A DNA stretch of 64,000 nt from Actinomycetota bacterium (lineage in GTDB: Bacteria > Actinomycetota > Actinomycetes > S36-B12 > UBA5976), in assembly GCA_009698575.1 (NCBI GenBank), contig WLPX01000004.1:16160-80159 (forward strand). The letters run 5' to 3'. Within the stretch, counting starts at the first letter, position 1. The number at the start of each line of letters is the position of its first letter. The notes beneath the pieces were generated by a model, which saw only the letters and a program-made list of their open reading frames with translations, was not told the origin of the DNA and did no database searches. Below, one piece after another: positions 9,880-18,758 of this stretch. The position numbers were made by a program, and so were the translations under genes.

Positions 9880-11010
9880 TTAGTTTGCTAATCCAGCTTT
9901 AAGTTGATTGATCGCGCTGATCTGTGATGGATCGATACCTAATGCTAAGCCGGCGTAAACACTTGCCCAATCTGTCGTAATGATTAAGGAGGCCAAGCGA
10001 CTTATTGGATGATTTCCTGATGCCTGCAACAAGGTGACCGGTACGTTGCGATCGAGTGCGATTTGACTAACGATGCCAATTCGTTTTTCCACTGCGGGAT
10101 GCTCATTAGTATCGCGCAATATGTAAAGGTGCGTACGGCGATCCACTGCACCATCGTCATCCCGGAAAATATCTCGTGCTGGGGATGCTCCAGCAAGTAC
10201 GCCATCAAAAGCAACAATTTGATTGTGGCCAACTTCAGGTAGCTCACCATGTGTCGCTGGTATTTTTGAGTTCTCCGCAAGTTGTGCCATGAATCTTGCC
10301 GCGGCAGTTGCGCCAATCATCCCGGTGCCCCAAACCATTGGTAATGATTCTGCACAAGATAACGCCAAGCCTTTGGCAAAGTTTTCAAGAGTTGGCACGG
10401 AAGGGCCGTTTGCAACACTTAATTCATCCATTAAGTCGGCTGCAATTTCATATTCTTTTTCATCAATATGTGCGATACCAAGTGCATTAGCAACCATCAG
10501 CAGTGGTGTGGCATGCGTCCAAAGTGAAGCGCGCGGGCTGCGGCCTTTAGCATCAATTGGGAAATGTACCGCCCCCGAAATTGAGTTCGAAAGTTTTTCC
10601 AGATCACTACCACCAGCACCGATAGTTATTACGCGCGCGCCGCGGCGACCGGCCTCGGCAGTAGTGCTCAATGTTTCTTCGGTCATCCCAGAACAGCTGA
10701 CTCCAACCACAACGTCCATTGGCCCAACCCAACCTGGCAGATTATGACTGCGCTCACTGATGATTGGTAGCGGCGTTGACTTGCCGATAACGGCCTTAAG
10801 TACATCCCCACCAACACCGGAACCACCTAGTCCTGCAATTACTAGGTTGCGTGGTTGGTCGCCCTTGGAAACAGCATGCAGGGTGTCGCGATTAATGGTG
10901 GCAATGGTTTCTCGCATCTGGGCACCAGAACTAGCAACTGCAGCCAACATCCCGCTGGCATCCAGCTTGCTCATGCCGTTGCTGTCGTCCAGCAACAGAT
11001 CATCAATCAT
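9880..11010 (-). CDS. SIS-domain protein, TobH / bifunctional phosphoglucose-phosphomannose isomerase-like
   Basis: GLGGSGVGG, SCSGMTEET, QLAENSK, LPEVGHNQI, DWASVYAGL; downstream of pmm. Confidence 0.85.
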   Translation of the reverse strand: MIDDLLLDDSNGMSKLDASGMLAAVASSGAQMRETIATINRDTLHAVSKGDQPRNLVIAGLGGSGVGGDVLKAVIGKSTPLPIISERSHNLPGWVGPMDVVVGVSCSGMTEETLSTTAEAGRRGARVITIGAGGSDLEKLSNSISGAVHFPIDAKGRSPRASLWTHATPLLMVANALGIAHIDEKEYEIAADLMDELSVANGPSVPTLENFAKGLALSCAESLPMVWGTGMIGATAAARFMAQLAENSKIPATHGELPEVGHNQIVAFDGVLAGASPARDIFRDDDGAVDRRTHLYILRDTNEHPAVEKRIGIVSQIALDRNVPVTLLQASGNHPISRLASLIITTDWASVYAGLALGIDPSQISAINQLKAGLAN

Positions 11011-11020
11011 GAACTACAGA

Positions 11021-12409
11021 CTACCCGACCATCATTGACAAAACTGAGTCCCGAACTATTTCCATGTTGGCAAAATCTTTTGCTTCCACATTCAATCGCA
11101 ACAATGGTTCAGTATTGCTCGAGCGAACATTGAACCACCAACCATCACCGGAAACGGTGAGGCCATCTAGCTCATCAATTTCTGAGCCTTGCTTGATTGC
11201 TGTCTCTTTGATCCGCGCAATTACGGCATTGGCATCAGAGACTTCGGTATTAATTTCCCCACTCATTACATAACGTAAGTAGGGCTTTAACAGGTCACTT
11301 AAGGTAGTTGCCTCCGAAGTTTCGCCAAGGGCTGCCAAGGCATGCATTGCGGCCAACATTCCCGAGTCAGCTTTCCAGAAATCTCGGAAATAGAAATGTC
11401 CCGAATGTTCCCCACCAAAGATCGCTCCGGTCTCGGCCATAGTGGCTTTGATAAATGAGTGACCCACTCGAGTACGGACTGGCGTGCCGCCGTTTTCGAT
11501 CACAATTTCTGGAACTGCCCGTGAAGTAATCAAGTTATGAATAACCGTGGAGCCCGGGGCTTTGGCAAGTTCGCGAGTTGCAATCAAAGCCGTCAAAGTA
11601 GACGGATCGACAATGCCGCCTTTTTCATCAACGACAAAACAGCGATCGGCGTCACCATCAAAAGCTAGGCCGATGTCAGCGCCGACTTCAAGTACGCGCT
11701 TTTGTAAATCACGTAAATTTTCCGGATCTATTGGATTAGCTTCATGATTTGGAAACGTGCCATCTAATTCAAAATACATCGCATCAATTTCAAGTGGTAG
11801 CGCAGGCAAAATGTCATCGCCTAAAACAGCTGGGACCGTGAAGCCGCCCATGCCGTTGCCAGTATCAATTACAACTTTTAAATTTCGTGAGTTTTCAAGT
11901 GGCACTAGCTCACGTAAATACTGCGCGTAAGCCGCCAACATATCTTGCGTTGATGCCGAGCCAGTTGTGCCTGAATACGTCGGCAAGTTTTCAGTTTCTA
12001 ACATTTCGCGAATTTGCGATAACCCAGAGTCTTGTCCCACTGGCGCAGCTCCCGCGCGACATAACTTAATGCCGTTGTATTCAGCTGGATTATGACTAGC
12101 AGTAAACATTGCGCCCGGAATATCTAATCGACCGGATGCAAAATACAAGCCGTCAGTGGAGCACAAACCGATATTGACGACATCTACTCCAGCAGCGGTA
12201 ACGCCATCTATGAAGGCGGCAACTAAATCTGGTCCCGTCGGTCGCATGTCATGACCAACCACAATTTGCCCGGCGCCACCATCAATTGATCGGATTCCTA
12301 AGACTTCGACAAATGCAGTTCCAACTTCGCGAGCCAGGTCAGGTCCCCACTGGTCCGGGACTACACCACGGATGTCATAGGCCTTAATCAGGGCTGATAA
12401 GTCGCGCAT
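11021..12409 (-). CDS. manB: Phosphomannomutase/phosphoglucomutase
   Basis: KAYDIRG, FTASHNPAEYNG (phosphoserine loop), FDGDADR, GEHSGHFYF, RSSNTEP. Confidence 0.95.
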   Translation of the reverse strand: MRDLSALIKAYDIRGVVPDQWGPDLAREVGTAFVEVLGIRSIDGGAGQIVVGHDMRPTGPDLVAAFIDGVTAAGVDVVNIGLCSTDGLYFASGRLDIPGAMFTASHNPAEYNGIKLCRAGAAPVGQDSGLSQIREMLETENLPTYSGTTGSASTQDMLAAYAQYLRELVPLENSRNLKVVIDTGNGMGGFTVPAVLGDDILPALPLEIDAMYFELDGTFPNHEANPIDPENLRDLQKRVLEVGADIGLAFDGDADRCFVVDEKGGIVDPSTLTALIATRELAKAPGSTVIHNLITSRAVPEIVIENGGTPVRTRVGHSFIKATMAETGAIFGGEHSGHFYFRDFWKADSGMLAAMHALAALGETSEATTLSDLLKPYLRYVMSGEINTEVSDANAVIARIKETAIKQGSEIDELDGLTVSGDGWWFNVRSSNTEPLLRLNVEAKDFANMEIVRDSVLSMMVG

Positions 12410-12465
12410 TAGGTAAGTCTAGGAGTAGCAAATTGTTGAGCCCGTAGGGCTTAAGCCGCTTCTGC

Positions 12466-12819
12466 TCAATTCGGTGGGTTTTGTCCAGAATCTCGTAGTA
12501 CTCGCAGGTGTCCACGGCGATTAACTTCGACCATGGCTTCAACGGGTTCCACTCGGCCAATTTCGCGCACGGCGTTGGCTAAAGCTTCAATGTCATCCAC
12601 GCTGGGTTTGAGGGCCTCTGGATCCGGAGCTAAGCGCACCACATCCCAGCCGCGCGGGGCAGTCATGCGAGCCGCGTGATCTTCGCATAAGTCATAACAA
12701 TGCGGTTCGGCAAAAGTTGCCAGCGGCCCAAGCACCGCGGTGGAATCGGCATAGACATACGTCAGCGTCGCAATAGCTCGCTTACTGCACGAAGGCTTAG
12801 AACATCGGCGTGATCCCAC
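12466..12819 (-). CDS. DUF3499 family protein
   Basis: RRCSKPSC..ATLTYVYADSTAVLGPLA..EPHCYDLCEDHA..TAPRGW; GTG at 12819 lies 7 nt after TAGTTT (leaderless); start could be further upstream. Confidence 0.88.
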   Translation of the reverse strand: MGSRRCSKPSCSKRAIATLTYVYADSTAVLGPLATFAEPHCYDLCEDHAARMTAPRGWDVVRLAPDPEALKPSVDDIEALANAVREIGRVEPVEAMVEVNRRGHLRVLRDSGQNPPN

Positions 12820-12883
12820 ATTCGCCAAACTAGTCGACATAGTCTTGGGTCGTGGGTATCGAAACACCAAAAGGCACAACGAC

Positions 12884-13315
12884 ATGAGTTCAGGAACACC
12901 TCCGGCAGTTAAACGCGATAGGCATGACCGAGGGTTGCGTGGCCCCGCGCTGCCGCACTCAGCACCGTTTCATGAATCCAGCGATCAATTCTTCGTTCGA
13001 GAAATGCGCGAAGCTATCGAAGATCTGGATGCTCGCCTAGGCACAATGCTGAGCTCCATAAAATTTGCGCTCGAAGAAATTCCAAACAAACGTGATTTAA
13101 CTTTTGCAAGCGGTCATGTGCCAATGGGTCGCATTGATCAAGGCAATCCAACAACGATTGTGTTGTATCAAAGGCCAATTGAAATGCGATCGCCAACTAA
13201 AGAACTGCTGGAGCGTATCTTGCGCGATGTCTTGGCCGAGTTAGTCAGTCTGGCAACGGGCCTGCGTCCAGATGACGTGGATCCAAACTATGAAGGCCCG
13301 GAAATTCGCAGCTAA
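12884..13315 (+). CDS. Zincin-like metallopeptidase family protein (Rv3259-like, no HExxH)
   Basis: RDRHDRGLRGP, IVLYQRPIEMR, DVLAELVS...PDDVDPNY; sits between DUF3499 and whiB2 as in other actinobacteria. Confidence 0.8.
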   Translation: MSSGTPPAVKRDRHDRGLRGPALPHSAPFHESSDQFFVREMREAIEDLDARLGTMLSSIKFALEEIPNKRDLTFASGHVPMGRIDQGNPTTIVLYQRPIEMRSPTKELLERILRDVLAELVSLATGLRPDDVDPNYEGPEIRS

Positions 13316-13333
13316 TTTCGACCTAGAAAAGCA

Positions 13334-13363
13334 ATCGGCCCCAACCCGAAGGTTGGAGCCGAT
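13334..13363 (-). terminator. Intrinsic terminator of whiB2 (possibly bidirectional)
   Basis: Minus strand atcggctccaacc-TTCG-ggttggggccgat hairpin followed by tgctttt; lies between convergent genes. Confidence 0.75.
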
Positions 13364-13381
13364 AAAAGTTGCTAAGTGAAA

Positions 13382-13642
13382 TTACCCGGCTTGCGCACGC
13401 TTTAGTCTGCGGCGCTCGCGTTCTGATAAGCCACCCCAAATTCCAAAACGTTCGTCGTTCTCTAGCGCGTATTCAAGGCACTCGACCTTGACTTCGCATG
13501 AGCTGCAAACTCGTTTTGCTTCACGAGTTGAGCCGCCCTTTTCGGGGAAGAATGCTTCGGGATCGGTCTGGGCGCAAAGTGCGCGTTCATGCCAACCCAG
13601 GTCTTCAGTTTCCGTGAAGGGAAGTCGAGCGAGATCGCTCAC
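13382..13642 (-). CDS. whiB2: WhiB2-type Fe-S transcription factor
   Basis: WHERALCAQTDPEAFFPEKGGSTREAKRVC..C.V..ECLEYAL..DERFGIWGGLSERERR; GTG at 13642 behind AGGAGG. Confidence 0.95.
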   Translation of the reverse strand: MSDLARLPFTETEDLGWHERALCAQTDPEAFFPEKGGSTREAKRVCSSCEVKVECLEYALENDERFGIWGGLSERERRRLKRAQAG

Positions 13643-13737
13643 TTGGAACCTCCTGGTTAGTCGTAACAAGTTCGCTGCTGCCCTGCTGCAAGCGACAAAC
13701 CCTTGTGTTACGTAGTCGGCGAACCGAACTTATCCTT

Positions 13738-13766
13738 AAATTACACAGGTGTCATTCGTTTGACAA
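13738..13766 (-). promoter_or_regulatory. Putative sigma-A promoter of whiB2 with a GACAC (WhiA-type) motif in the spacer
   Basis: Minus strand TTGTCA (13766-13761), 17-nt spacer containing GACAC (13753-13749), TAATTT (13743-13738). Confidence 0.65.
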
Positions 13767-13934
13767 GTCATATTCGTTTATAAATAAGGGTTTTTTTACC
13801 AAAAACTTACTAAAAGCCCGTATCCAATGGGTTTTGAGCGCAAAAAAATTTTTGTCCCTTTTGCGTGTTTCAAGGCGAAATCGAGTTTCAAAATGCGATT
13901 ACACAACGAGTGTTTACATGCAATGACCTCTGCT

Positions 13935-13955
13935 ACTGCAGAATATTTCTGCAGT
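13935..13955. promoter_or_regulatory. Perfect 9-bp inverted repeat, candidate operator of the dpaL operon
   Basis: actgcagaa-tat-ttctgcagt ending 14 nt before the ATG at 13970. Confidence 0.4.
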
Positions 13956-13969
13956 GAAATACTCAACCC

Positions 13970-15079
13970 ATGACTGTTGCTGCAACCACCTGGTATTCAA
14001 ATCCAGCTGCACGTAATTGGTCAATGCCATCACCAGCAAAAGAAGTTGCGCGTTTTCATCAGAGCTTGCCTAACTATGCCGTGACTCCCCTAATTGAACT
14101 GCCGGAAGTTGCGAGCGAACTAGGTGTTGGACGCATATTTGTTAAGGATGAATCAGCTCGGATGAATCTTTCGGCGTTTAAAATCTTAGGTGCGGCCTGG
14201 GCCGTTGCCCAAGCTCTAACCGATGGTGCTAACCCAGCAGATATCGATGAAGTTAAGGCTGCGATTGATTCGGAAAACAAACCAACCCTAGTTGCCGCAA
14301 CTGATGGAAATCACGGCCGAGCGGTTGCTCACATGGCCAAGCGCCTTGGCTTGGAATGCGCCATCGTGATTCCTGATGGGGTTAGCGAGCAGGCAATCAA
14401 CAACATTGCCGGAGAAGGCGCAGAGATCACCTTGATTGATGGTGACTACGACGAAGCGGTTGAGTTAGCTAAAGAGATAACTTCGACGTTGGATAACGCA
14501 ATCCACATTCAAGATATGTCTTGGCCAGGTTATGAACAGATACCGAATTGGATCATCGAGGGTTACACCACCCTTTGCGTCGAGACTGATGAACAATTGC
14601 GCCAGCTTGGAAGTGGTCCCGCAAATATGGTGGCAGTTCCCGTTGGAGTTGGCGCATTCCTGCATTCAGTCTTGGCGCACTATCGCAGCCAACGTGCAAA
14701 CCACCCAGTTGTCTTGAGCGTGGAAGCAATTGGCGCAGCCTGTGTTTTGCGATCTTTACAAACCGGTGAGTTAACGAGTGTGCAAACGGTGCCGACGATC
14801 ATGGCTGGCATGAACTGTGGCACGCCTTCTTCTGATTCTTGGCCAACACACCAAGCCGGCGTTGATGCCGCAATTGCACTGACTGATGATGAAACCCGAG
14901 CTGATCTCAAAGTACTGGCTGACCATGGAGTGGATGCGGGTCCTTGTGGCGCTGCAACCTTGGCTGGAGTACGCCTAGCTCTGAGCACACCACAACGCCG
15001 CCATGAACTCGGCATCACGAAAGTTTCCGTCATCGTTTTGTTTAGTACGGAAGGCCGCGCGGCTAATCCACTGCAATAG
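13970..15079 (+). CDS. dpaL: Diaminopropionate ammonia-lyase (PLP, fold type II)
   Basis: YAVTPL, VKDESARMNLSAFKILGA (PLP Lys), ATDGNHGRAVA, DYDEAV, IQDMSWPGYE, VPVGVGA, TIMAGMNCG. Confidence 0.88.
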   Translation: MTVAATTWYSNPAARNWSMPSPAKEVARFHQSLPNYAVTPLIELPEVASELGVGRIFVKDESARMNLSAFKILGAAWAVAQALTDGANPADIDEVKAAIDSENKPTLVAATDGNHGRAVAHMAKRLGLECAIVIPDGVSEQAINNIAGEGAEITLIDGDYDEAVELAKEITSTLDNAIHIQDMSWPGYEQIPNWIIEGYTTLCVETDEQLRQLGSGPANMVAVPVGVGAFLHSVLAHYRSQRANHPVVLSVEAIGAACVLRSLQTGELTSVQTVPTIMAGMNCGTPSSDSWPTHQAGVDAAIALTDDETRADLKVLADHGVDAGPCGAATLAGVRLALSTPQRRHELGITKVSVIVLFSTEGRAANPLQ

Positions 15080-15087
15080 GAGATCTG

Positions 15088-16239
15088 ATGTCCAAATACA
15101 ACCTTGATGACCCAGTTGAGTTGTTGTGCGCACTAACCGAGATCAACTCGGTCAACAGCACACTTGTGCCAGGTGCTCCCGGCGAAGCTGAAATTGCGGA
15201 CTTCATCGGTCAGTGGTTTAGCGACCGAAACTTTGAAGTTACGAGATTGGAAGCAACCCCCGGTCGACCATCAATCGTTGCTTGCAGCAAGGGCGCCACT
15301 ACTGATTCCAAAATCATGCTCAACGGTCACATCGACACAGTCACAATCGCAAGTTATGAGGGTGATGGACTTGAAGCAATTCGCAAAGACGGCAATGTGT
15401 ACGGGCGCGGAACTTTTGACATGAAAGGTGGCTTAGCCGCCCAGATGGTTGCTGCGCATCGTGCAGTACAACGCGGAATAGCAGGGCAAGTAATTGTTGC
15501 GGCGGTCTCAGATGAAGAACATGGCAATGTGGGCACCGAAGAAGTATTGAAACATTTCACGGCCGATGTTGGCGTAGTAGCAGAGCCAACAATGTTGGGA
15601 CTCACGGTTGCGCATAAAGGATTCGTTTGGTTTGAGTTAACTATTACTGGCCTGGCGGCTCACGGTTCCCGGCATGACCTAGGAATTGATGCCATTACTA
15701 AAGCAGGCTACGCACTCGTAGCTCTGGATAAGTACGCTGCGGAACTAACCTCACGACCGCACGTTAAGTATTTGGAAACTCCTTCTGTTCACGCTTCGAT
15801 CATCAAAGGTGGCGAAGAACTTTCCAGCTACCCAGCTGAGTGCACTATCGCGATAGAACGACGAACTGTCCCAGGAGAGACTCCTGAAGCAGTGCGAGCT
15901 GAGTTGGTTGCAATCCTCGACGATGTTGCTGCAAGTACAAAAGATTTCTCATACGAACTTGGTGGTGGATTTACCCGGGCACCACTTCAAGTCAGCGAAG
16001 ATCACAAAATCGTTAGCCTAATTCAAAATAGCTTCCAAGCACACACCGGCAAGCCAATTGGATTCCGCGGTGAGTGGTACTGGACCGACGCTGCCTTAAT
16101 GAATGATGCCGGGATCACAACTGTGCTTTTTGGTGTGGATGGCGAAGGAGCTCATGCTGCAACAGAGTGGGCAACGGAAAGTTCGGTTCACACCGTTGCT
16201 GATGTGTTAACAGATGTCGTCGTTGAGTGGTGTAACTAG
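15088..16239 (+). CDS. M20 family metallo-amidohydrolase (ArgE/DapE/YgeY-like)
   Basis: LNGHIDTV, GRGTFDMKGG, SDEEHG, VAEPT, AHKGF, GLAAHGS, WTDAA, GAHAATEW. Confidence 0.9.
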   Translation: MSKYNLDDPVELLCALTEINSVNSTLVPGAPGEAEIADFIGQWFSDRNFEVTRLEATPGRPSIVACSKGATTDSKIMLNGHIDTVTIASYEGDGLEAIRKDGNVYGRGTFDMKGGLAAQMVAAHRAVQRGIAGQVIVAAVSDEEHGNVGTEEVLKHFTADVGVVAEPTMLGLTVAHKGFVWFELTITGLAAHGSRHDLGIDAITKAGYALVALDKYAAELTSRPHVKYLETPSVHASIIKGGEELSSYPAECTIAIERRTVPGETPEAVRAELVAILDDVAASTKDFSYELGGGFTRAPLQVSEDHKIVSLIQNSFQAHTGKPIGFRGEWYWTDAALMNDAGITTVLFGVDGEGAHAATEWATESSVHTVADVLTDVVVEWCN

Positions 16240-16482
16240 CCATACACGTGCAAGCCGAAGGACCGGGATGAATAACGCACGAGTTGGTCGAAGGGCCAAC
16301 GAACGAATCAAACGGGGAAGCCAGGGCCAAATTCAAATGCCAATGCATTTGAATTAAATAAATGAGGGTGTTATGTATAAATACTGATTTCGACCCCAAA
16401 GCCCTGGCTGAATGATCGGGTTTCCCGATCAAGGGTAGGAAACCAAGAGATCTAGTTTGAAACTTTAAATATTCACTATCCG

Positions 16483-16556
16483 TGGCCAGGGCCGGGGTCG
16501 AACCGGCGACCTTTCGAGTTTCAGTCGAACGCTCGTACCAACTGAGCTACCTGGCC
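16483..16556 (-). tRNA. tRNA-Phe(GAA)
   Basis: GGCCAGG acceptor, ttcga-CTGAAAC-tcgaa anticodon arm, GTTCGA T-loop; CCA not encoded. Confidence 0.96.
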
Positions 16557-16599
16557 ACGCAAAATCGATCAACATCAAAGACGAAAACCGACCTTGCAG

Positions 16600-16673
16600 C
16601 GACCCCGACGGGACTCGAACCCGCGACCTCCGCCGTGACAGGGCGGCGCGCTAACCAACTGCGCTACGGGGCC
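16600..16673 (-). tRNA. tRNA-Asp(GTC)
   Basis: GGCCCCG acceptor, ccgcc-CTGTCAC-ggcgg anticodon arm, GTTCGAG T-loop. Confidence 0.96.
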
Positions 16674-16740
16674 TTAGATACCAACCTTAAAGGTTGGTAC
16701 TTCAGCCGATTTCCTGGCGGTCAGGCCAAGAAACCTTGCG

Positions 16741-16813
16741 TACCCCCAACGGGATTCGAACCCGTGTTACCGCCGTGAAAGGGCAGCGTCCTAGGCCACT
16801 AGACGATGGGGGC
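16741..16813 (-). tRNA. tRNA-Glu(TTC)
   Basis: GCCCCCA acceptor, ctgcc-CTTTCAC-ggcgg anticodon arm, GTTCGAA T-loop. Confidence 0.96.
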
Positions 16814-16929
16814 AAATGCCTTCTTGTGAAAGGCACGAGATTGAAGCATACGGGAAAACCACTATTTCAAGCAAAGTAGAACTATCGAGCCAAACTAATC
16901 AGCAGAAAACCAATTGCTCAGACTTAGGC

Positions 16930-17142
16930 TTAGGAGCTTTCGCCTACATAGGATGCTGCCCCAGAAATCGAACTGGCAACCAGTAGGTTCTGAACTTCAT
17001 CATGGCGATATCGACGATGTCCACCCAAGGTGCGCACTGCACTTAGTTTCCCAGCCTCGGCCCATCGAGTCACAGTCTTTGGATCAACTCGGAAAAGGGC
17101 TGCGACTTCAGCGGGGGTCATTAGGACTTGGGAATCAGACAC
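16930..17142 (-). CDS. bldC: BldC-family MerR-like DNA-binding protein
   Basis: LMTPAEVAALFRVDPKTVTRWAEAGKLSAVRTLGGHRRYR. Confidence 0.93.
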   Translation of the reverse strand: MSDSQVLMTPAEVAALFRVDPKTVTRWAEAGKLSAVRTLGGHRRYRHDEVQNLLVASSISGAASYVGESS

Positions 17143-17424
17143 TTGGAAAACCTACTTTTCAGGGTGAATTAAGACTCTCCGATTAAATCCCCCAAATCGG
17201 ACACCCGCGAGCCGAGAGGGCCTATTTCTAACAATCTTGTACAAATCCTTACTGTTACTCGCGAGTATGTGTAAATTCGCTAAGAAACCCTTTAAACAGC
17301 CCGTCAGATGCGCCAAAATCGGGCTCAGATAGACTGACATTCTGTTACCAGATGGCCGACTCGAAATGTTGTAGGCGAATCAGTAGCACCACTAGAAACT
17401 CCGGATAGTTAAGGGGGCCCAGCC

Positions 17425-17625
17425 ATGGGACGTGGCCGTGCAAAAGCCAAGCAAACTAAAGTTGCTCGCGACCTGAAATACAACAGCCCCAATACTGATT
17501 TGAGTGCATTGCAAGCTGAACTCGGCGGTTCATCGTATGCGCCAACTAATGATGATGTTGAATCCTCGGATCTAGAAAATGATCCCTACGCAAAGTATTA
17601 CGAGGACGAAGACGAGGAAGAATAA
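17425..17625 (+). CDS. DUF3073 family protein
   Basis: MGRGRAKAKQTKVARDLKY..PNTDLSALQAEL, acidic tail; usual neighbour of purM. Confidence 0.92.
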   Translation: MGRGRAKAKQTKVARDLKYNSPNTDLSALQAELGGSSYAPTNDDVESSDLENDPYAKYYEDEDEEE

Positions 17626-17645
17626 CGCGCCTAGTGTCTGGCTAC

Positions 17646-18758
17646 CTAGTTTTGGTAGTTTCCAACTAACCTAACAGCGCCACCATTTCCGCCTTTAGCA
17701 GTAGCGTCGCCAATTTCACCGTTCTTTCGAACTCGAACTGCGCCACATACCCAAGCCGATAGCCCACTTGCTTGTAGCGACGTGATCGCTAGTTGCGCGG
17801 CAGATTCAGGCACAAGCGCCAACATGCCAATGCCCATATTGAAAGTTTTTTCCGCTTCCGCGCGTTCGATATTTCCGCGCGCTTGCAACCAGGCAAAGAT
17901 TGCTTGCGGGCTCCAAGTTGAGCGATCTAAATCAAGTGCTAAATCACTTGGCATAACTCGGGCGACATTTGCAGCAATGCCGCCGCCGGTAATGTGCGAT
18001 ATCGAATGAACTGGAACAGCCTTAATTAAATTCAAAATATCTTTGGCGTAAATTTGCGTTGGTTCAAGTAACTCTTCCCCAAGTGTCCGACCAAACTCAG
18101 GAACATTGTCATGAACATCTAACCCGGCAATATTAAATGCCACATGTCTTGCCAATGAATAACCGTTTGAATGTAAGCCACTCGAGCCAATCGCTATTGC
18201 CACATCACCCGCAACGACTCGTTTTGGTCCAAGCAAATCAGGTTCATCAACTACGCCGGTTCCAGCGCCTGCAATGTCGTAGTCATCAATACCAAGAAGT
18301 CCTGGGTGCTCGGCAGTCTCGCCACCAACTAACGCGCAGCCTGCTATCACGCAGCCATTTGCGATTCCCGTAACAATTGCAGCCACCCGTTCTGGGTTTA
18401 CTTTGCCCACAGCTATGTAGTCCGTCATAAACAAAGGCTGGGCTCCACAAACCACTAAGTCATCAACGACCATGGCAACTAAATCGATACCAATGGTGTT
18501 ATGAATGTCCATACGCCGCGCCACATCGATCTTGGTTCCAACGCCATCAGTTGAAGTTGCAAGCAAGGGCTTAGTCATGGTTTTGAAAGCACTGATATCA
18601 AAAAGTCCAGCAAACCCACCAAAGTCACCGACAACTTCACTGCGAGTTGACTTTGCAATTGCGCTTCGCATTAAATCAACGGCGCGTTCTCCGGCTTCGG
18701 TATCAACACCAGCAGCCGCATATGAAGATACAGCTTGGCTTTTTGACTTATCGCTCAA
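17646..18758 (-). CDS. purM: Phosphoribosylformylglycinamidine cyclo-ligase (AIR synthetase)
   Basis: YAAAGVD, STDGVGTK, LVGGETAEHPG, SSGLHSNGYSL, HITGGG, TFNMGIG. Confidence 0.98.
   Translation of the reverse strand: MSDKSKSQAVSSYAAAGVDTEAGERAVDLMRSAIAKSTRSEVVGDFGGFAGLFDISAFKTMTKPLLATSTDGVGTKIDVARRMDIHNTIGIDLVAMVVDDLVVCGAQPLFMTDYIAVGKVNPERVAAIVTGIANGCVIAGCALVGGETAEHPGLLGIDDYDIAGAGTGVVDEPDLLGPKRVVAGDVAIAIGSSGLHSNGYSLARHVAFNIAGLDVHDNVPEFGRTLGEELLEPTQIYAKDILNLIKAVPVHSISHITGGGIAANVARVMPSDLALDLDRSTWSPQAIFAWLQARGNIERAEAEKTFNMGIGMLALVPESAAQLAITSLQASGLSAWVCGAVRVRKNGEIGDATAKGGNGGAVRLVGNYQN

Noticed and set aside
16320-16493. gccagggcc repeated at 16320-16328 and in the tRNA-Phe 3' end (possible attL/attR)
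   Set aside because: Only 9 bp, only 165 bp apart, and no integrase; compatible with chance.
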